Below are positions 31,492 to 41,590 of a stretch of 64,000 bases of DNA, piece by piece (within the stretch, counting starts at the first letter, position 1; every line of letters starts with the position of its first letter). The DNA is from Candidatus Poribacteria bacterium (GTDB taxonomy: Bacteria > Poribacteria > WGA-4E > WGA-3G): contig OZ243938.1 in NCBI GenBank assembly GCA_965214095.1, forward strand, positions 2,528,001 to 2,592,000, written 5' to 3'. Position numbers and translations under genes: made by a program. The notes under the pieces are model-generated. The model had not been told where the DNA came from. It worked only from the letters and a program-made list of their open reading frames with translations, and searched no databases.

Positions 31492-33363
31492 CTAATCCAC
31501 TGACACAGAAGCAAGTTTCCAAAACAGAATCGTACCGTCCAAACTCGCACTCACCAATGTCTTTCCATCCGGACTAAACGTAACACTATAAACACTATTG
31601 GTATGTCCATCAAACTTAGTAATTGGATGGTAGTTCTCAGTATCCCACAGCATTACAGTGCCCTCAATACTTCCACTTGCTAACATTTTTCCATCTGGAC
31701 TGAACGCAATGCCGTTAATCAGAGTCTGATGATCTGTGATTTTCATAAGATATTCACCTGTTTTGGCATTCCATAAATGAATTGAAGCGTCCCCGCTTCC
31801 GACTGCAAGCGTTTCACCATCAGGACTGAAAGCTAATTTCTCAACACCATAATTAATATCTGTTCTCAATGTCCGAATATATTCACGTGTTACCACATCC
31901 CACAGACATACTGTTTTGTCTCGACTCCCACTTGCGATTAACTTTCCATCTGGACTAAACAGAACACTAAGTACTTCACCTGTATGCCTTTTAAGTGTTT
32001 GAATATGTGTGCCTTTCCCTACCGTCCACAGATCAACGTTCCCGTTCTCACTTCCACTTGCAAGCATAAAACCATCTGGACTATACGCAACACTATAGAT
32101 ACTTCCAGCATCATTGCTTAAAGTCATCAAAGGTGTGGCAGTAAGGATATCTTGCAGACGTACTGTGCCATCCAAACTCCCACTCGCAAGAGTTTTTCCA
32201 TCCGGACTAAAAACGACACTATCCATCGGACGCGTATGTTCTGTGAGAATATTAAGGGGTGTCAATGTATTCATATCCCATAAACGAATGGTTTTGTAAC
32301 CACTAATCGCAGCCAACATAGTTCCATCTTGACTGAATACAGGGTTTGTCATACCACTAAAATGCCCAGGTATTGTCAGAAAGGGTTTCCTTGTTTGCAG
32401 ATTCCACATACGCACTGTGCCATCCAAACTCCCACTCACTAGCGTCTTCCCATCAGAACTGAAAACCAGTTTTGAAACGACATCCGTATTTTCCATGAAT
32501 TCCCTACCTGGGACACCTGTCTGGATATCCCAATATCGAATGTGTTTTCCCCTACGTGAACTCACCAAAGACTTACCATCTGGACTAAAAGCAACACTAT
32601 TGGCATAAGAAGGATGATCTGTGAGTGTTAGTAATGATGATCCGGTATTCACATCCCACAAACGGACGGTCTTATCCCAACTCGTACTTACCAATTTCAT
32701 CCCATCTGGACTGAACGATACACTATATAGTCCTTTTGTATGCCCCGAAAACGTTTGCAATTGTTTCCCCGTCTCATAATTCCAGAGACGTGCAGTTTTG
32801 TCCCAACTTGCACTTGCTAATGTCTTACCCTTCGGATTGAATGATACACTGTAGACTGTATCCGTGTGTCCTCTCAACTCTTGAAGAAGTGTTCCTGTCT
32901 CAGCATGCCAGAGACGCACAGTTGTATCCCGACCTGCACTTGCCAATATCTTACCGTCCGGACTGAACGCTACGCATTCAACACTAGCTGTAAGATTTGC
33001 AATTTTCCTAAGGTGTGTTCCTGCCTCAACATCCCAGAGACGCACAGTATTATCCCAACTTGCACTTGCTAACATCTTATCATCGGGACTGAACGCTACG
33101 TCTCTGACAACATGCGTATGCTCTTTGAGCAGGTCAAGTGCTTCACCTGTTTGCGTGTCATAAACCCAAATACCAATTCCACTTGCTACTGCAACATGTT
33201 TCCCACTGTGGGAATAAGCGATTTCATATAACACACCTTTGCCGAGACGTGCTTTTGCCCCTTCTGGCAAACCCCATTGTGTAAAATCTTGTGCAAGCGG
33301 CGTTGAGGCTAGAACCAGTATTGAAATGCAAATAGTTAAAATCGAGAATAGTGTTTTTTTCAT
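31492..33363 (-). CDS. Secreted WD40-repeat protein (about 14 blades)
   Basis: Signal peptide; QWGLPEGAKARLGKG leader; repeated H...FSPDG...LASAS.D.TVRLW. Confidence 0.92.
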   Translation of the reverse strand: MKKTLFSILTICISILVLASTPLAQDFTQWGLPEGAKARLGKGVLYEIAYSHSGKHVAVASGIGIWVYDTQTGEALDLLKEHTHVVRDVAFSPDDKMLASASWDNTVRLWDVEAGTHLRKIANLTASVECVAFSPDGKILASAGRDTTVRLWHAETGTLLQELRGHTDTVYSVSFNPKGKTLASASWDKTARLWNYETGKQLQTFSGHTKGLYSVSFSPDGMKLVSTSWDKTVRLWDVNTGSSLLTLTDHPSYANSVAFSPDGKSLVSSRRGKHIRYWDIQTGVPGREFMENTDVVSKLVFSSDGKTLVSGSLDGTVRMWNLQTRKPFLTIPGHFSGMTNPVFSQDGTMLAAISGYKTIRLWDMNTLTPLNILTEHTRPMDSVVFSPDGKTLASGSLDGTVRLQDILTATPLMTLSNDAGSIYSVAYSPDGFMLASGSENGNVDLWTVGKGTHIQTLKRHTGEVLSVLFSPDGKLIASGSRDKTVCLWDVVTREYIRTLRTDINYGVEKLAFSPDGETLAVGSGDASIHLWNAKTGEYLMKITDHQTLINGIAFSPDGKMLASGSIEGTVMLWDTENYHPITKFDGHTNSVYSVTFSPDGKTLVSASLDGTILFWKLASVSVD

Positions 33364-33419
33364 GTGTGGGTTTGTCCTTTTTGTATCGGTGTTATTTATG
33401 ATGTATTATAAAATTATCA

Positions 33420-33537
33420 TTATACCATTTCTAATTGAAAACGCCGCATTTTTGTAGCACAAACTGCCAGTTTGTGCCGTCCTTCAAGACATTCTTAACA
33501 AATGTTAATGGGATAAGCATTTATAGAAATGGTATTA
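33420..33537. mobile_element. 118-bp MITE-like element (TACCATTTCTA...TAGAAATGGTA) with internal REP GTAGCACAAACTGCCAGTTTGTGC
   Basis: 11-bp terminal inverted repeat; 114/118 identical to 48042-48159. Confidence 0.8.
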
Positions 33538-33567
33538 GTTTGATAATAGACATCTGAACTTCATTTT

Positions 33568-33860
33568 AATGTGAGTTTGATAAATAATTCAAATATTTTG
33601 TCTAAAGAGAACTCTTTTGGTATAATAAAGTCATTATACTTACTTTAAAAAGGAGTTCTCTAATGCGTATTTTAACACTTTTTTGCAAAATTGACGACTT
33701 TTTTAGCTTATAAGGCATTTCTGGAATCGCGCTCACTTCAGAACGATAAACCGATTGAAACACGCGGGCGTCCGCGCAATCTACACGACAGTGAGGTAAT
33801 GACCATAATCATTGCCTTCCATCAAAGTGGGTGTCGTACGTTCAAACATTTTTATGATTT
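33568..33860 (+). mobile_element. IS982-family remnant: left end plus frameshifted, truncated transposase 5' part
   Basis: ATG 33663 MRILTLFCKIDDF, then a frameshift in a T run to ...RGRPRNLHDSEVMTIIIAFHQSGCRTFKHFY; putative IR AATGTGAGTTTGATAA at 33568. Confidence 0.8.
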
Positions 33861-33869
33861 TTTTAGGTG

Positions 33870-36800
33870 TCATTCAGTGGAAGGTTTAGGGAGGGTACCA
33901 TTCAACGCATTCGCAACAAACACAAGATCCGCAAGATCAACAACACCGTCCCTATTAACATCCGCACGCATATCTTTTCCGGTCTGTCCAAGACGCGCAG
34001 AGACAAATTCAAGATCCCCATCATTCAGCTGCCAATCTTCATTAACATCTCCATGAATAGGAGTCGGTTTGACAACCCAAGCATACACAGGAACAGAAAG
34101 TTTCCGTTCAATACTATTATCAGTCATCGTGATAGTTGAATCTGCGAACTCAAGAACTTCAAAAGTGACGGTAGCAACGAGACCATCCGCAGCAATGGAA
34201 TTCCCCGCAATTGAAATTGTACTTTCACTTGCAACAATCTTCGGTTGATCTGTTTCTCGGTTAGGAATATATCGGAGAGCAGATAAATCATACTGCAACG
34301 TGAATTGATAATCCGTAACACCTTGTCTACTAACCAAATTAATGTTAAAGGTGATGCTTTCACCTACGCGGGGTGATTCAACGATATGTGGTGTGATGTT
34401 CAGTCGCGTGTCAAACGTTGGTTTCATCTCCCACAATAGCACTGTCCCATCTTTGCTCCCACTCACAAGCGTATTGCTATCTGCTGTATATGATAAGAAG
34501 GTAATCGAATCAGTATGTCCTGTTAAAGTTCTTTCCCGTATATTCTTCTCTATGTCCCAAAATACAATATTCATTTCCTCAGTAGTACCAATTGGAGATG
34601 ATTTCTTCTCTCTCACACCACAAGTAAGCGTCTTACCATCGGGAGAGAAAGTAATTGGTTCAATTTTCTTAATATAGGGACCATTCTCAGACAAGACTCT
34701 AAGAGTGGACTTATGTCTCCGCAAATTCACATCCCACAATTGAATGTGTCGGTAACCATCTGTAGAAGCAATTGTCTGTCCATCTGGAGAAAACACCACT
34801 GAACTCACAGGAGTAGCACTATTAAACCCACTGTAAACTAAATTCCTAAATTCAGCATATTGTTTTCCTGTTTTTGTGTCCCATACTCGGATTGTATTGT
34901 CATTACTATCATTCCGATTTCCACTCCCACTCACAAGCATAGTTCCATCAGGAGAAAACCCTATGGAGTTGATGCGTTCTGCATGACCTTGAAGTGTTTT
35001 TGTGTGTTCGCCACTGCGAATATCCCAAAGCCGAATCATGTTGCGTTCATTACTTGCAAGTGTTTGTCCGTTTGGTGATAACACGATCGATCTGATATTT
35101 TCAATATAGAGAGTTTCCTTATGTCCCGGAAGGGTTGCTATCTCTTGTTGGGTATGAGTGTCAAACAGTCTAATATCCTTTTCCCATGGATAGGCAAGTG
35201 TCCTATTGTCTTTGATTAGGACAAGCGGTGTAAGACGGAAATCACCAGCTATCGTTGCCTTCAAGAGCCGTGAATGCATATCCCATAATCGGAGACCTTG
35301 ACTACCATGTACAGTAATAAGTGTTGTTCCATCAGCTGACAATACTGCTGAATTGATTGCGTTACCATATCCCTTAAGCATCAAACTGATTTTACCAGCT
35401 TCTGTATTCCACATTTGCACAGTACCATCTGGAGTTACGCTTATCAGAGAAGTCTTATCAACCAAAAATGGTGGAAGAAAAAACTCCCCATATTCTACAT
35501 CTTCAAATAGTGTTAGATTTTCACCTGTCTCAATGTTCCATTCTCGTCCTGTTCCATCCCTATTCACACTGATTAAGCTGTTCCCATCAGCAGAAAACCG
35601 CACAGAAGAAACAGGATCTGTCAATTCTTGATTTTCTTCAAAAAAGGTAGTTTGTAGTTCTCCCGTATCTGCGTTCCACAGTTTGATGATTTCAACTTTC
35701 CTATTGTCCATGTCTAATGCTATGGTTGCAAGCGTCTTTCCATCTGGTGAAAAGGAGAGACGAGGTTCAGTCGGAGAAAATTGTATCTCAGTTCTTTGAA
35801 CATCATTAATATCTACAAGGGTATGTATATGCTGCCCAGATTGTATATTCCAGAGTTGCGTTTCTTGGCGCGTATTTGCAATGGCAAGTGTCCTACTATC
35901 TGGAGAGAACTCCAATGCATAGTAGAAATCACCTGATGGATAGGCTTTTTGTCTCCGTAACCATAAGTGTGTATCCCACAATTGAAAATGTCTTTTATTT
36001 GAAGTGGCAAGAATCCTACCATCTGGTGAAAAGGCAATATTAAATATCACACTCCCAGCGTTGAGTTCCCTCAGTAGCTGACGGGTATACGGATTCCATA
36101 TCCGAAGTTTGCCATCATAACTCCCACTCACAAGTAGATCCCCTTGCGGTGAAAAGACAACAGATGAAACAGGTTCAGTGTGTCCTGTCAGCAATGCAAG
36201 TTCATCTCCTGTTTTACCATCATACAACCAAACACCCGCAGATCCGGCAACTGCAAGTAACGTCTTATCAGGTGACATCTTTATATCATTGACAGTACCT
36301 TTCCCTAAGCGTGTAATCGCGCCAACTGGTAAACTAAATTGTGTGTGATCTACAGGATCACCATCTGTTGCTTCTAATGCAACAACAGAACACCCTACTG
36401 AAATAGGACGCGCAAGACTACCATCACCTTTTTCAAGACGAACTCTCGTCAAGCTTATAACTGATGGTCTCACTGCAATCACTTCAAACGTCACACTTGC
36501 GAACGTACCAGTTTCTTTACTAACTGCATCAGAACTGTTTGATATAAGTTTCAGACGATTCGGATACACATCTTTGGTCTCAAAATCGGCATCATTGATA
36601 AGATAATCCCCTTTTTCACTTGAAACATATCGTAGGGCAGTCGTATCATAATCCACCGTGACCTGATACCCGCTTATGTCCTTTGCTCCAGCAATATCTA
36701 TGTTAAGTTTAACTTTCTCTCCGATAGCAGGTGATTCTACAATATTAGGTGCAATGCTAACCACCGAGTTTGTATCTGTTGTAGGTCTCATCTTCCACAA

Positions 36801-38717
36801 CAGAACAGTCCCATCTTGACCAACACTTGCCAAATTATGTTCGTTTGGTAAAAGCGCGTCCTGCATCGTCCCAGTTCCCTCACGAGAAAGAAATGCTAAC
36901 GAAGAAATATTACCAAAGTGTCCAATAAAGGTCTCTTGAAGTTGACCTGTAGGTAGGTCCCACACTCTAATAATGCTGCTTAAACCTGCCCCCGAAAGTT
37001 TTGTGCCATCCTCCGAAAAGGATAATACAGAAACCGCACCATCCTTAAAAACATGTGTACGTTTTTGAGTTCTCATATCCCACACCCAAACACCATATGA
37101 ATCACCACCCGCAAGTAATGAACCATCCGGTGAAAATTCCATTGTTGATGTCGGTCCAGATTCCTCTGCAAGTACTGCTTCGTGATTACCGGTAATAGCA
37201 TCCCACAAATGAATACTATTCATTCGTCCCCCACCTGTTACAAGATACCTGCCATCTGGAGAAAATGCTAAACTATTAACCCATCCTAGATGTTTTCTAA
37301 GAGTCTTTTTTAGTTTGCCAGTAAACGTATCCCACAGTTCCACGCAGCTATTCGTTTTACCCAAAGCAAGCGTTTTCCCATCTGGAGACAGAGTCCTTGA
37401 ATTTTTAATACCTAAATGGAAATAATTGAGTGCATCAGTTAGGGTTGATTGATGTTTCCCTGTCTGCACATTCCATGCTTTCATTTGTTTCAACTGACTG
37501 GTGTAAGTTCCACTGACAAGTGTTGTGCCATCCCCTGACATAAGAAGTATTGAAGTGTATTTCGGATCAAGGATAAGTCGTTTCTCTACCTGACGCGAGT
37601 TGATATTCCAAAACTGTATATCCCCATTATGTTGGGAAGCAAGTGTTTTTCCATCAACTATTGCCATCGGCAAATTATGTTGTGTATGCGTGATAGTCCG
37701 TTTCTGTTGCCCCGTTACTGTATCCCAAAATATGATTGTCCCATCATGACTTCCACTCGCAAACGTTGTGCCATCAGGTGAAAATGCCAATGTGAAAATA
37801 GCACCTTTATGTCCCTTCAAAGTTGTTTGCTGTTTTCCCGTTTCTGGATCCCAAAAATAGACTGTTGGATCAAACCCCGCACTGGCAAGTGTGTTCCCAT
37901 CAGGTGAGAACGCGAGGACGTTTAATTGTCCGTGAAACCCATCAATAATTTTTCTTCGTTTTTCTGTCTTTAGGTCCCATAACTCAATTGTATCTGCCGA
38001 ATCACCACTCGCAAGCACTGTTCCATCAGGAGAAAACACCAGCTCTTTAACCTCCTGACTATGTCCTATAAGTGTTGATTTCTGATGTCCACTCTGCACA
38101 TCCCATAAGTGAATGTTTTTGTCCCAAGCCGAACTCGCAAACGTCTTGCCATCCGGTGAAAATGCGAAAGTTGAAAAACTTCCTTTTTCCAAATCAAGTG
38201 TCCTTATTTGTTTATGTGTATTCGCTTCCCACAACGTAATGATGCGATAACTTAACCCACAAATAATGCTTCCATCCGGTGAAAACCGCACTGTATTCGC
38301 ATTCTCTCCTATAAGTGTAGTCTTATATTTCCGTGTTCCTACATCCCACAAACGGACTTTCTGATCCCAACCAGCAATCGCAATTGTTTTCCCATCGGGT
38401 GAGAATGCTACTGAAGGCCTCTGATTCAATTGCTTCTGTTTCAGATTCAGATAATTGGAAAGTTCAGTATTCGTAAGACCAGAAAGCAACCCGATTTCAT
38501 CACCCGTATGCGCGTCATACAACCACGCACCGATAGGCGTTCCCACTGCAAGCAGCATTCCATCAGGTGAATACGTCATGTCAGTAATCCGTCCTTTACC
38601 GATACGCGCAACTGCATTCTCTGGAAGTTCCCATTGGGATATATCCACCGCACCACCAGACGATACAATCATAATAACGAATAACAGCATAATAAGAAAA
38701 AGTTTCAAATGTTTCAT
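33870..38717 (-). CDS. Giant secreted protein: WD40 propellers-cohesin-WD40 propellers-cohesin-dockerin
   Basis: Signal peptide; two WD40 blocks each opened by a LP..A..R.GKG leader; cohesin-like GYQVTVDYDTTALRYV and DYQFTLQYDLSALRY; dockerin GDVNED...ADVNRDGVVDLADL. Confidence 0.88.
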   Translation of the reverse strand: MKHLKLFLIMLLFVIMIVSSGGAVDISQWELPENAVARIGKGRITDMTYSPDGMLLAVGTPIGAWLYDAHTGDEIGLLSGLTNTELSNYLNLKQKQLNQRPSVAFSPDGKTIAIAGWDQKVRLWDVGTRKYKTTLIGENANTVRFSPDGSIICGLSYRIITLWEANTHKQIRTLDLEKGSFSTFAFSPDGKTFASSAWDKNIHLWDVQSGHQKSTLIGHSQEVKELVFSPDGTVLASGDSADTIELWDLKTEKRRKIIDGFHGQLNVLAFSPDGNTLASAGFDPTVYFWDPETGKQQTTLKGHKGAIFTLAFSPDGTTFASGSHDGTIIFWDTVTGQQKRTITHTQHNLPMAIVDGKTLASQHNGDIQFWNINSRQVEKRLILDPKYTSILLMSGDGTTLVSGTYTSQLKQMKAWNVQTGKHQSTLTDALNYFHLGIKNSRTLSPDGKTLALGKTNSCVELWDTFTGKLKKTLRKHLGWVNSLAFSPDGRYLVTGGGRMNSIHLWDAITGNHEAVLAEESGPTSTMEFSPDGSLLAGGDSYGVWVWDMRTQKRTHVFKDGAVSVLSFSEDGTKLSGAGLSSIIRVWDLPTGQLQETFIGHFGNISSLAFLSREGTGTMQDALLPNEHNLASVGQDGTVLLWKMRPTTDTNSVVSIAPNIVESPAIGEKVKLNIDIAGAKDISGYQVTVDYDTTALRYVSSEKGDYLINDADFETKDVYPNRLKLISNSSDAVSKETGTFASVTFEVIAVRPSVISLTRVRLEKGDGSLARPISVGCSVVALEATDGDPVDHTQFSLPVGAITRLGKGTVNDIKMSPDKTLLAVAGSAGVWLYDGKTGDELALLTGHTEPVSSVVFSPQGDLLVSGSYDGKLRIWNPYTRQLLRELNAGSVIFNIAFSPDGRILATSNKRHFQLWDTHLWLRRQKAYPSGDFYYALEFSPDSRTLAIANTRQETQLWNIQSGQHIHTLVDINDVQRTEIQFSPTEPRLSFSPDGKTLATIALDMDNRKVEIIKLWNADTGELQTTFFEENQELTDPVSSVRFSADGNSLISVNRDGTGREWNIETGENLTLFEDVEYGEFFLPPFLVDKTSLISVTPDGTVQMWNTEAGKISLMLKGYGNAINSAVLSADGTTLITVHGSQGLRLWDMHSRLLKATIAGDFRLTPLVLIKDNRTLAYPWEKDIRLFDTHTQQEIATLPGHKETLYIENIRSIVLSPNGQTLASNERNMIRLWDIRSGEHTKTLQGHAERINSIGFSPDGTMLVSGSGNRNDSNDNTIRVWDTKTGKQYAEFRNLVYSGFNSATPVSSVVFSPDGQTIASTDGYRHIQLWDVNLRRHKSTLRVLSENGPYIKKIEPITFSPDGKTLTCGVREKKSSPIGTTEEMNIVFWDIEKNIRERTLTGHTDSITFLSYTADSNTLVSGSKDGTVLLWEMKPTFDTRLNITPHIVESPRVGESITFNINLVSRQGVTDYQFTLQYDLSALRYIPNRETDQPKIVASESTISIAGNSIAADGLVATVTFEVLEFADSTITMTDNSIERKLSVPVYAWVVKPTPIHGDVNEDWQLNDGDLEFVSARLGQTGKDMRADVNRDGVVDLADLVFVANALNGTLPKPSTE

Positions 38718-41293
38718 TTTGCTTCCACCTTTCCACTTTTGACAGTCGGACGAATACGATTACCTTTCCTATCAGATATACTTGCATTACTTAGACTTAC
38801 CATTGAGTTCTTAGTATCAACTACTTCAAACGTCACAGTGGCAAGCGTACCATTCCCACTCACTTCACCTGTAAGTGCGGTTGATGTTAGAGTTATCTGA
38901 TCATTCACTATGTTAGGTGTCAAAAAGATCATATCATCAGGGAGATAGGCACCATTCGTTGCAGAGATATATCGAAGTGCTGATGCATCAAATCTCATAG
39001 TGAACTGATACGCAGCAACTTTTTCACCACCCGAAATCTGAACCTTGAACACCTGTTGTTTTCCAATTTCTAGCGACACAACAGTTGAAGGCGTAATTGA
39101 AAAAATAACGCTCTCTTCAACTTGAGGAACCGGCTTCCATAACACAATTGTTTCATCAGCACATGCACTTGCAAGCCTTCCATCACCGATAAACGCTAAT
39201 GAAGAAATATATTGTCTGTGTCCTTTCAACGTTGCTTGATGTTGCCGAAAACCGACATCCCACACCTCAACATTGTTCCCACCACCACTCGCAAGAAACC
39301 TACTATCCTGTGAAAACGTTAAAGAGAGCACCGGACTGGTATGCACATCATCATGCAGAACATGATTTTCACCTGTAGTGGTATTCCAGATTTGCACTGA
39401 CTTGTCATTATATCCACCACCACCGCTTGCAAGGAGCAATCCGTTTGGAGAATAGGCTAAAGCACTCACGATGTCGGTATGTCCTCTATACGTGTCTTTT
39501 AGTTTGCCTGTCCGAATGTCCCACAAATGAATTGCAGGACCTCCTTTCAATCCATTGCTTGCGAGGGTAGTTCCATCGGGAGATATCGCTATGGCTATTA
39601 TACCTTTCGGCCGTCCTTCCAACGTCCATTCAAGTTCCTCCGTATCCACTCTCCACAATTGGATTCCCAATTTATCTGTATGGTCAAGACTATTCACACT
39701 TACAAGTTTTAATCCATCAACAGAAAAGGCAACTGAATGCACCTGAGGAACTGTCCTCTCTATTTGAGCTTTCATAGCAATTGTGCCGACGTGTCTGTTA
39801 GTTCTTGTGTCCCATAACCGAACAGTACCATCATAACTTGCACTCGCGAGCATCGTTCCATCAGAAGAAAACGATACAGCGTTAACACCATCTGTATGTC
39901 CTTTAAGTGTACTCATATATTTTCCTGATTTTGCATCAAACAACAATATGTCATGTCCGCTGATACCACATGCCAGAATTCCACCTTTTCCATAAGCAAC
40001 GAACGGGCCTATATCATCCTGTCTACGCAAACCACTATAAACTATTGAACCTGACTCTGTATTTGCTGGAATATTCCATAGCCGGATCTGTCGTCCATAC
40101 TCATTACCTCGCTCGCTACGTATAGTTCCCCGCATAGCAAGTGTTCGACCATCGGGTGAAAATCGGAATGAGTCAACCCGCGCTTGAATAGGAAGTTTCA
40201 GTGTCCTTGTACCTGTCTGTGTGTTCCAGATTTCAATATTATTCTTTTTTTGAAATTCCCGAATGGCAAGTCTATTCCCATCGGCTGACATCGCTTTCGG
40301 TCTCTGAATGGGTTGATGTCCGGGAGGAAGTATAGGAATACTTGAAAGGTGTTGTCCAGAACGTGTGTTAAAAAAACGTAATTCATTCTTATCCCGATGG
40401 AAAGCCAACAGCGTCTCGCCATTTTGCGAAAATTCAAATCCCCCAATATGTCTTTCAACTCCTGTATCCAGTGTAGCAACTTCCGCACCTGTGTTGGCAT
40501 TACATAAAATAGTTTTGTCTTTCATTCTCTGAACAAAACGAGTGCCATCTGGGGAGAAGATTAAATTACCTGCAGGATAATTTGTATCAAATTTCTTGTC
40601 CTGTCCTGTTTTAGTATTCCAGATACGATAAATCCCATCAGTACTCACACAAATCAGTGAAATGTCGTCAGACGCATATACTAATCTATAGACCCAACCG
40701 TCATCTGTTGTAAGCATTGTCTTAACAAGTTCACCTGTCGCAACATCCCAAAGACGCACTCTACCATCTGGTCCTTTTTCAGATTGGGATTCTTCAACAT
40801 TCGGTCCTACAATTACATCACCAAGTCGAGTCCTTATTCGTTCCGACAGAACTTGACGGCTTGCACCTGTTGCAAGATGCTTACTGTCGGGAGAAAACGC
40901 TAAAACATTGGTGTTTCCGAGATGTCCGTCAAGTGTCGCACGATGTTCAAGAGTCCGTGCCTCCCACAAGCGAACTGTCCTATCAAGACTACCGGTGGCA
41001 ATCGTTTTACCATCTGGTGAATACCTTATAGCAGTAATAGTGTCGGTGTGTCCAGTAAGCAGCGCAAGTGCAGCACCTGTTCGTCCATCATAAATCCAAA
41101 TACCGGAATAAGGACTGACAACTGCGAGCTGACTGCTATCGGGTGAAAACACATAATTTGTAATATACCCGTTGCTGATACGCATCTCAGCACCTTCAGG
41201 CAACACCCGCTGCAGACCTGATGGCATCCCATTGGCAAATACCTCAGGAACAAAAATAACTACACTCAGCAATAGCAGCACAAACCTATTCAT
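38714..41293 (-). CDS. Secreted WD40-repeat protein with C-terminal cohesin domain
   Basis: Signal peptide; WD40 repeats; AYQFTMRFDASALRYI...GNGTLATVTFEV; ATGA overlap with the downstream gene. Confidence 0.88.
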   Translation of the reverse strand: MNRFVLLLLSVVIFVPEVFANGMPSGLQRVLPEGAEMRISNGYITNYVFSPDSSQLAVVSPYSGIWIYDGRTGAALALLTGHTDTITAIRYSPDGKTIATGSLDRTVRLWEARTLEHRATLDGHLGNTNVLAFSPDSKHLATGASRQVLSERIRTRLGDVIVGPNVEESQSEKGPDGRVRLWDVATGELVKTMLTTDDGWVYRLVYASDDISLICVSTDGIYRIWNTKTGQDKKFDTNYPAGNLIFSPDGTRFVQRMKDKTILCNANTGAEVATLDTGVERHIGGFEFSQNGETLLAFHRDKNELRFFNTRSGQHLSSIPILPPGHQPIQRPKAMSADGNRLAIREFQKKNNIEIWNTQTGTRTLKLPIQARVDSFRFSPDGRTLAMRGTIRSERGNEYGRQIRLWNIPANTESGSIVYSGLRRQDDIGPFVAYGKGGILACGISGHDILLFDAKSGKYMSTLKGHTDGVNAVSFSSDGTMLASASYDGTVRLWDTRTNRHVGTIAMKAQIERTVPQVHSVAFSVDGLKLVSVNSLDHTDKLGIQLWRVDTEELEWTLEGRPKGIIAIAISPDGTTLASNGLKGGPAIHLWDIRTGKLKDTYRGHTDIVSALAYSPNGLLLASGGGGYNDKSVQIWNTTTGENHVLHDDVHTSPVLSLTFSQDSRFLASGGGNNVEVWDVGFRQHQATLKGHRQYISSLAFIGDGRLASACADETIVLWKPVPQVEESVIFSITPSTVVSLEIGKQQVFKVQISGGEKVAAYQFTMRFDASALRYISATNGAYLPDDMIFLTPNIVNDQITLTSTALTGEVSGNGTLATVTFEVVDTKNSMVSLSNASISDRKGNRIRPTVKSGKVEAK

Positions 41294-41426
41294 AACAACC
41301 CTCCTCCATCCTTATACTACCGTGTCATTATAACCTGCTATTCGTCAACCGTGCATAACGAAACAAATCACATAAGCGTTTACATATTGTTGGAGAGGTT
41401 TACAACCCCGATTTACAAAGAACCAC

Positions 41427-41456
41427 GTTCAATGTGAATGTCTAATGCACATTCAC
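41427..41456. repeat. 30-bp palindromic dispersed repeat
   Basis: GTTCAATGTGAATGTCTAATGCACATTCAC; 28/30 identical copy at 61331-61360. Confidence 0.65.
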
Positions 41457-41590
41457 TAAGCGCAATTCGCGCCATCCGTGAAATCCGCGTCAACCCGCAA
41501 TCCCAAAAAATATTTCCATCCAAAAGTAAACCCACCCATTTCTTCTCCGTTACAATACTATTACAACCCAAACAACAACGGAGAACTCTC

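Noticed and set aside
33691-34056. Intact IS982 transposase
   Set aside because: Frameshifted near the start, and similarity ends near 33860 where it meets the convergent WD40 gene; no DDE core or right end
31492-41293. Recurring CCATC(T/C)GGACTGAA-like nucleotide repeats as CRISPR or DGR template/variable repeats
   Set aside because: They are the codons of the WD40 FSPDG motif; no reverse transcriptase and no adenine-specific mismatch pair was seen
41438-41590. N-terminal extension of the SprA-like ORF
   Set aside because: Runs through repeat DNA; the RBS and signal peptide support TTG 41591
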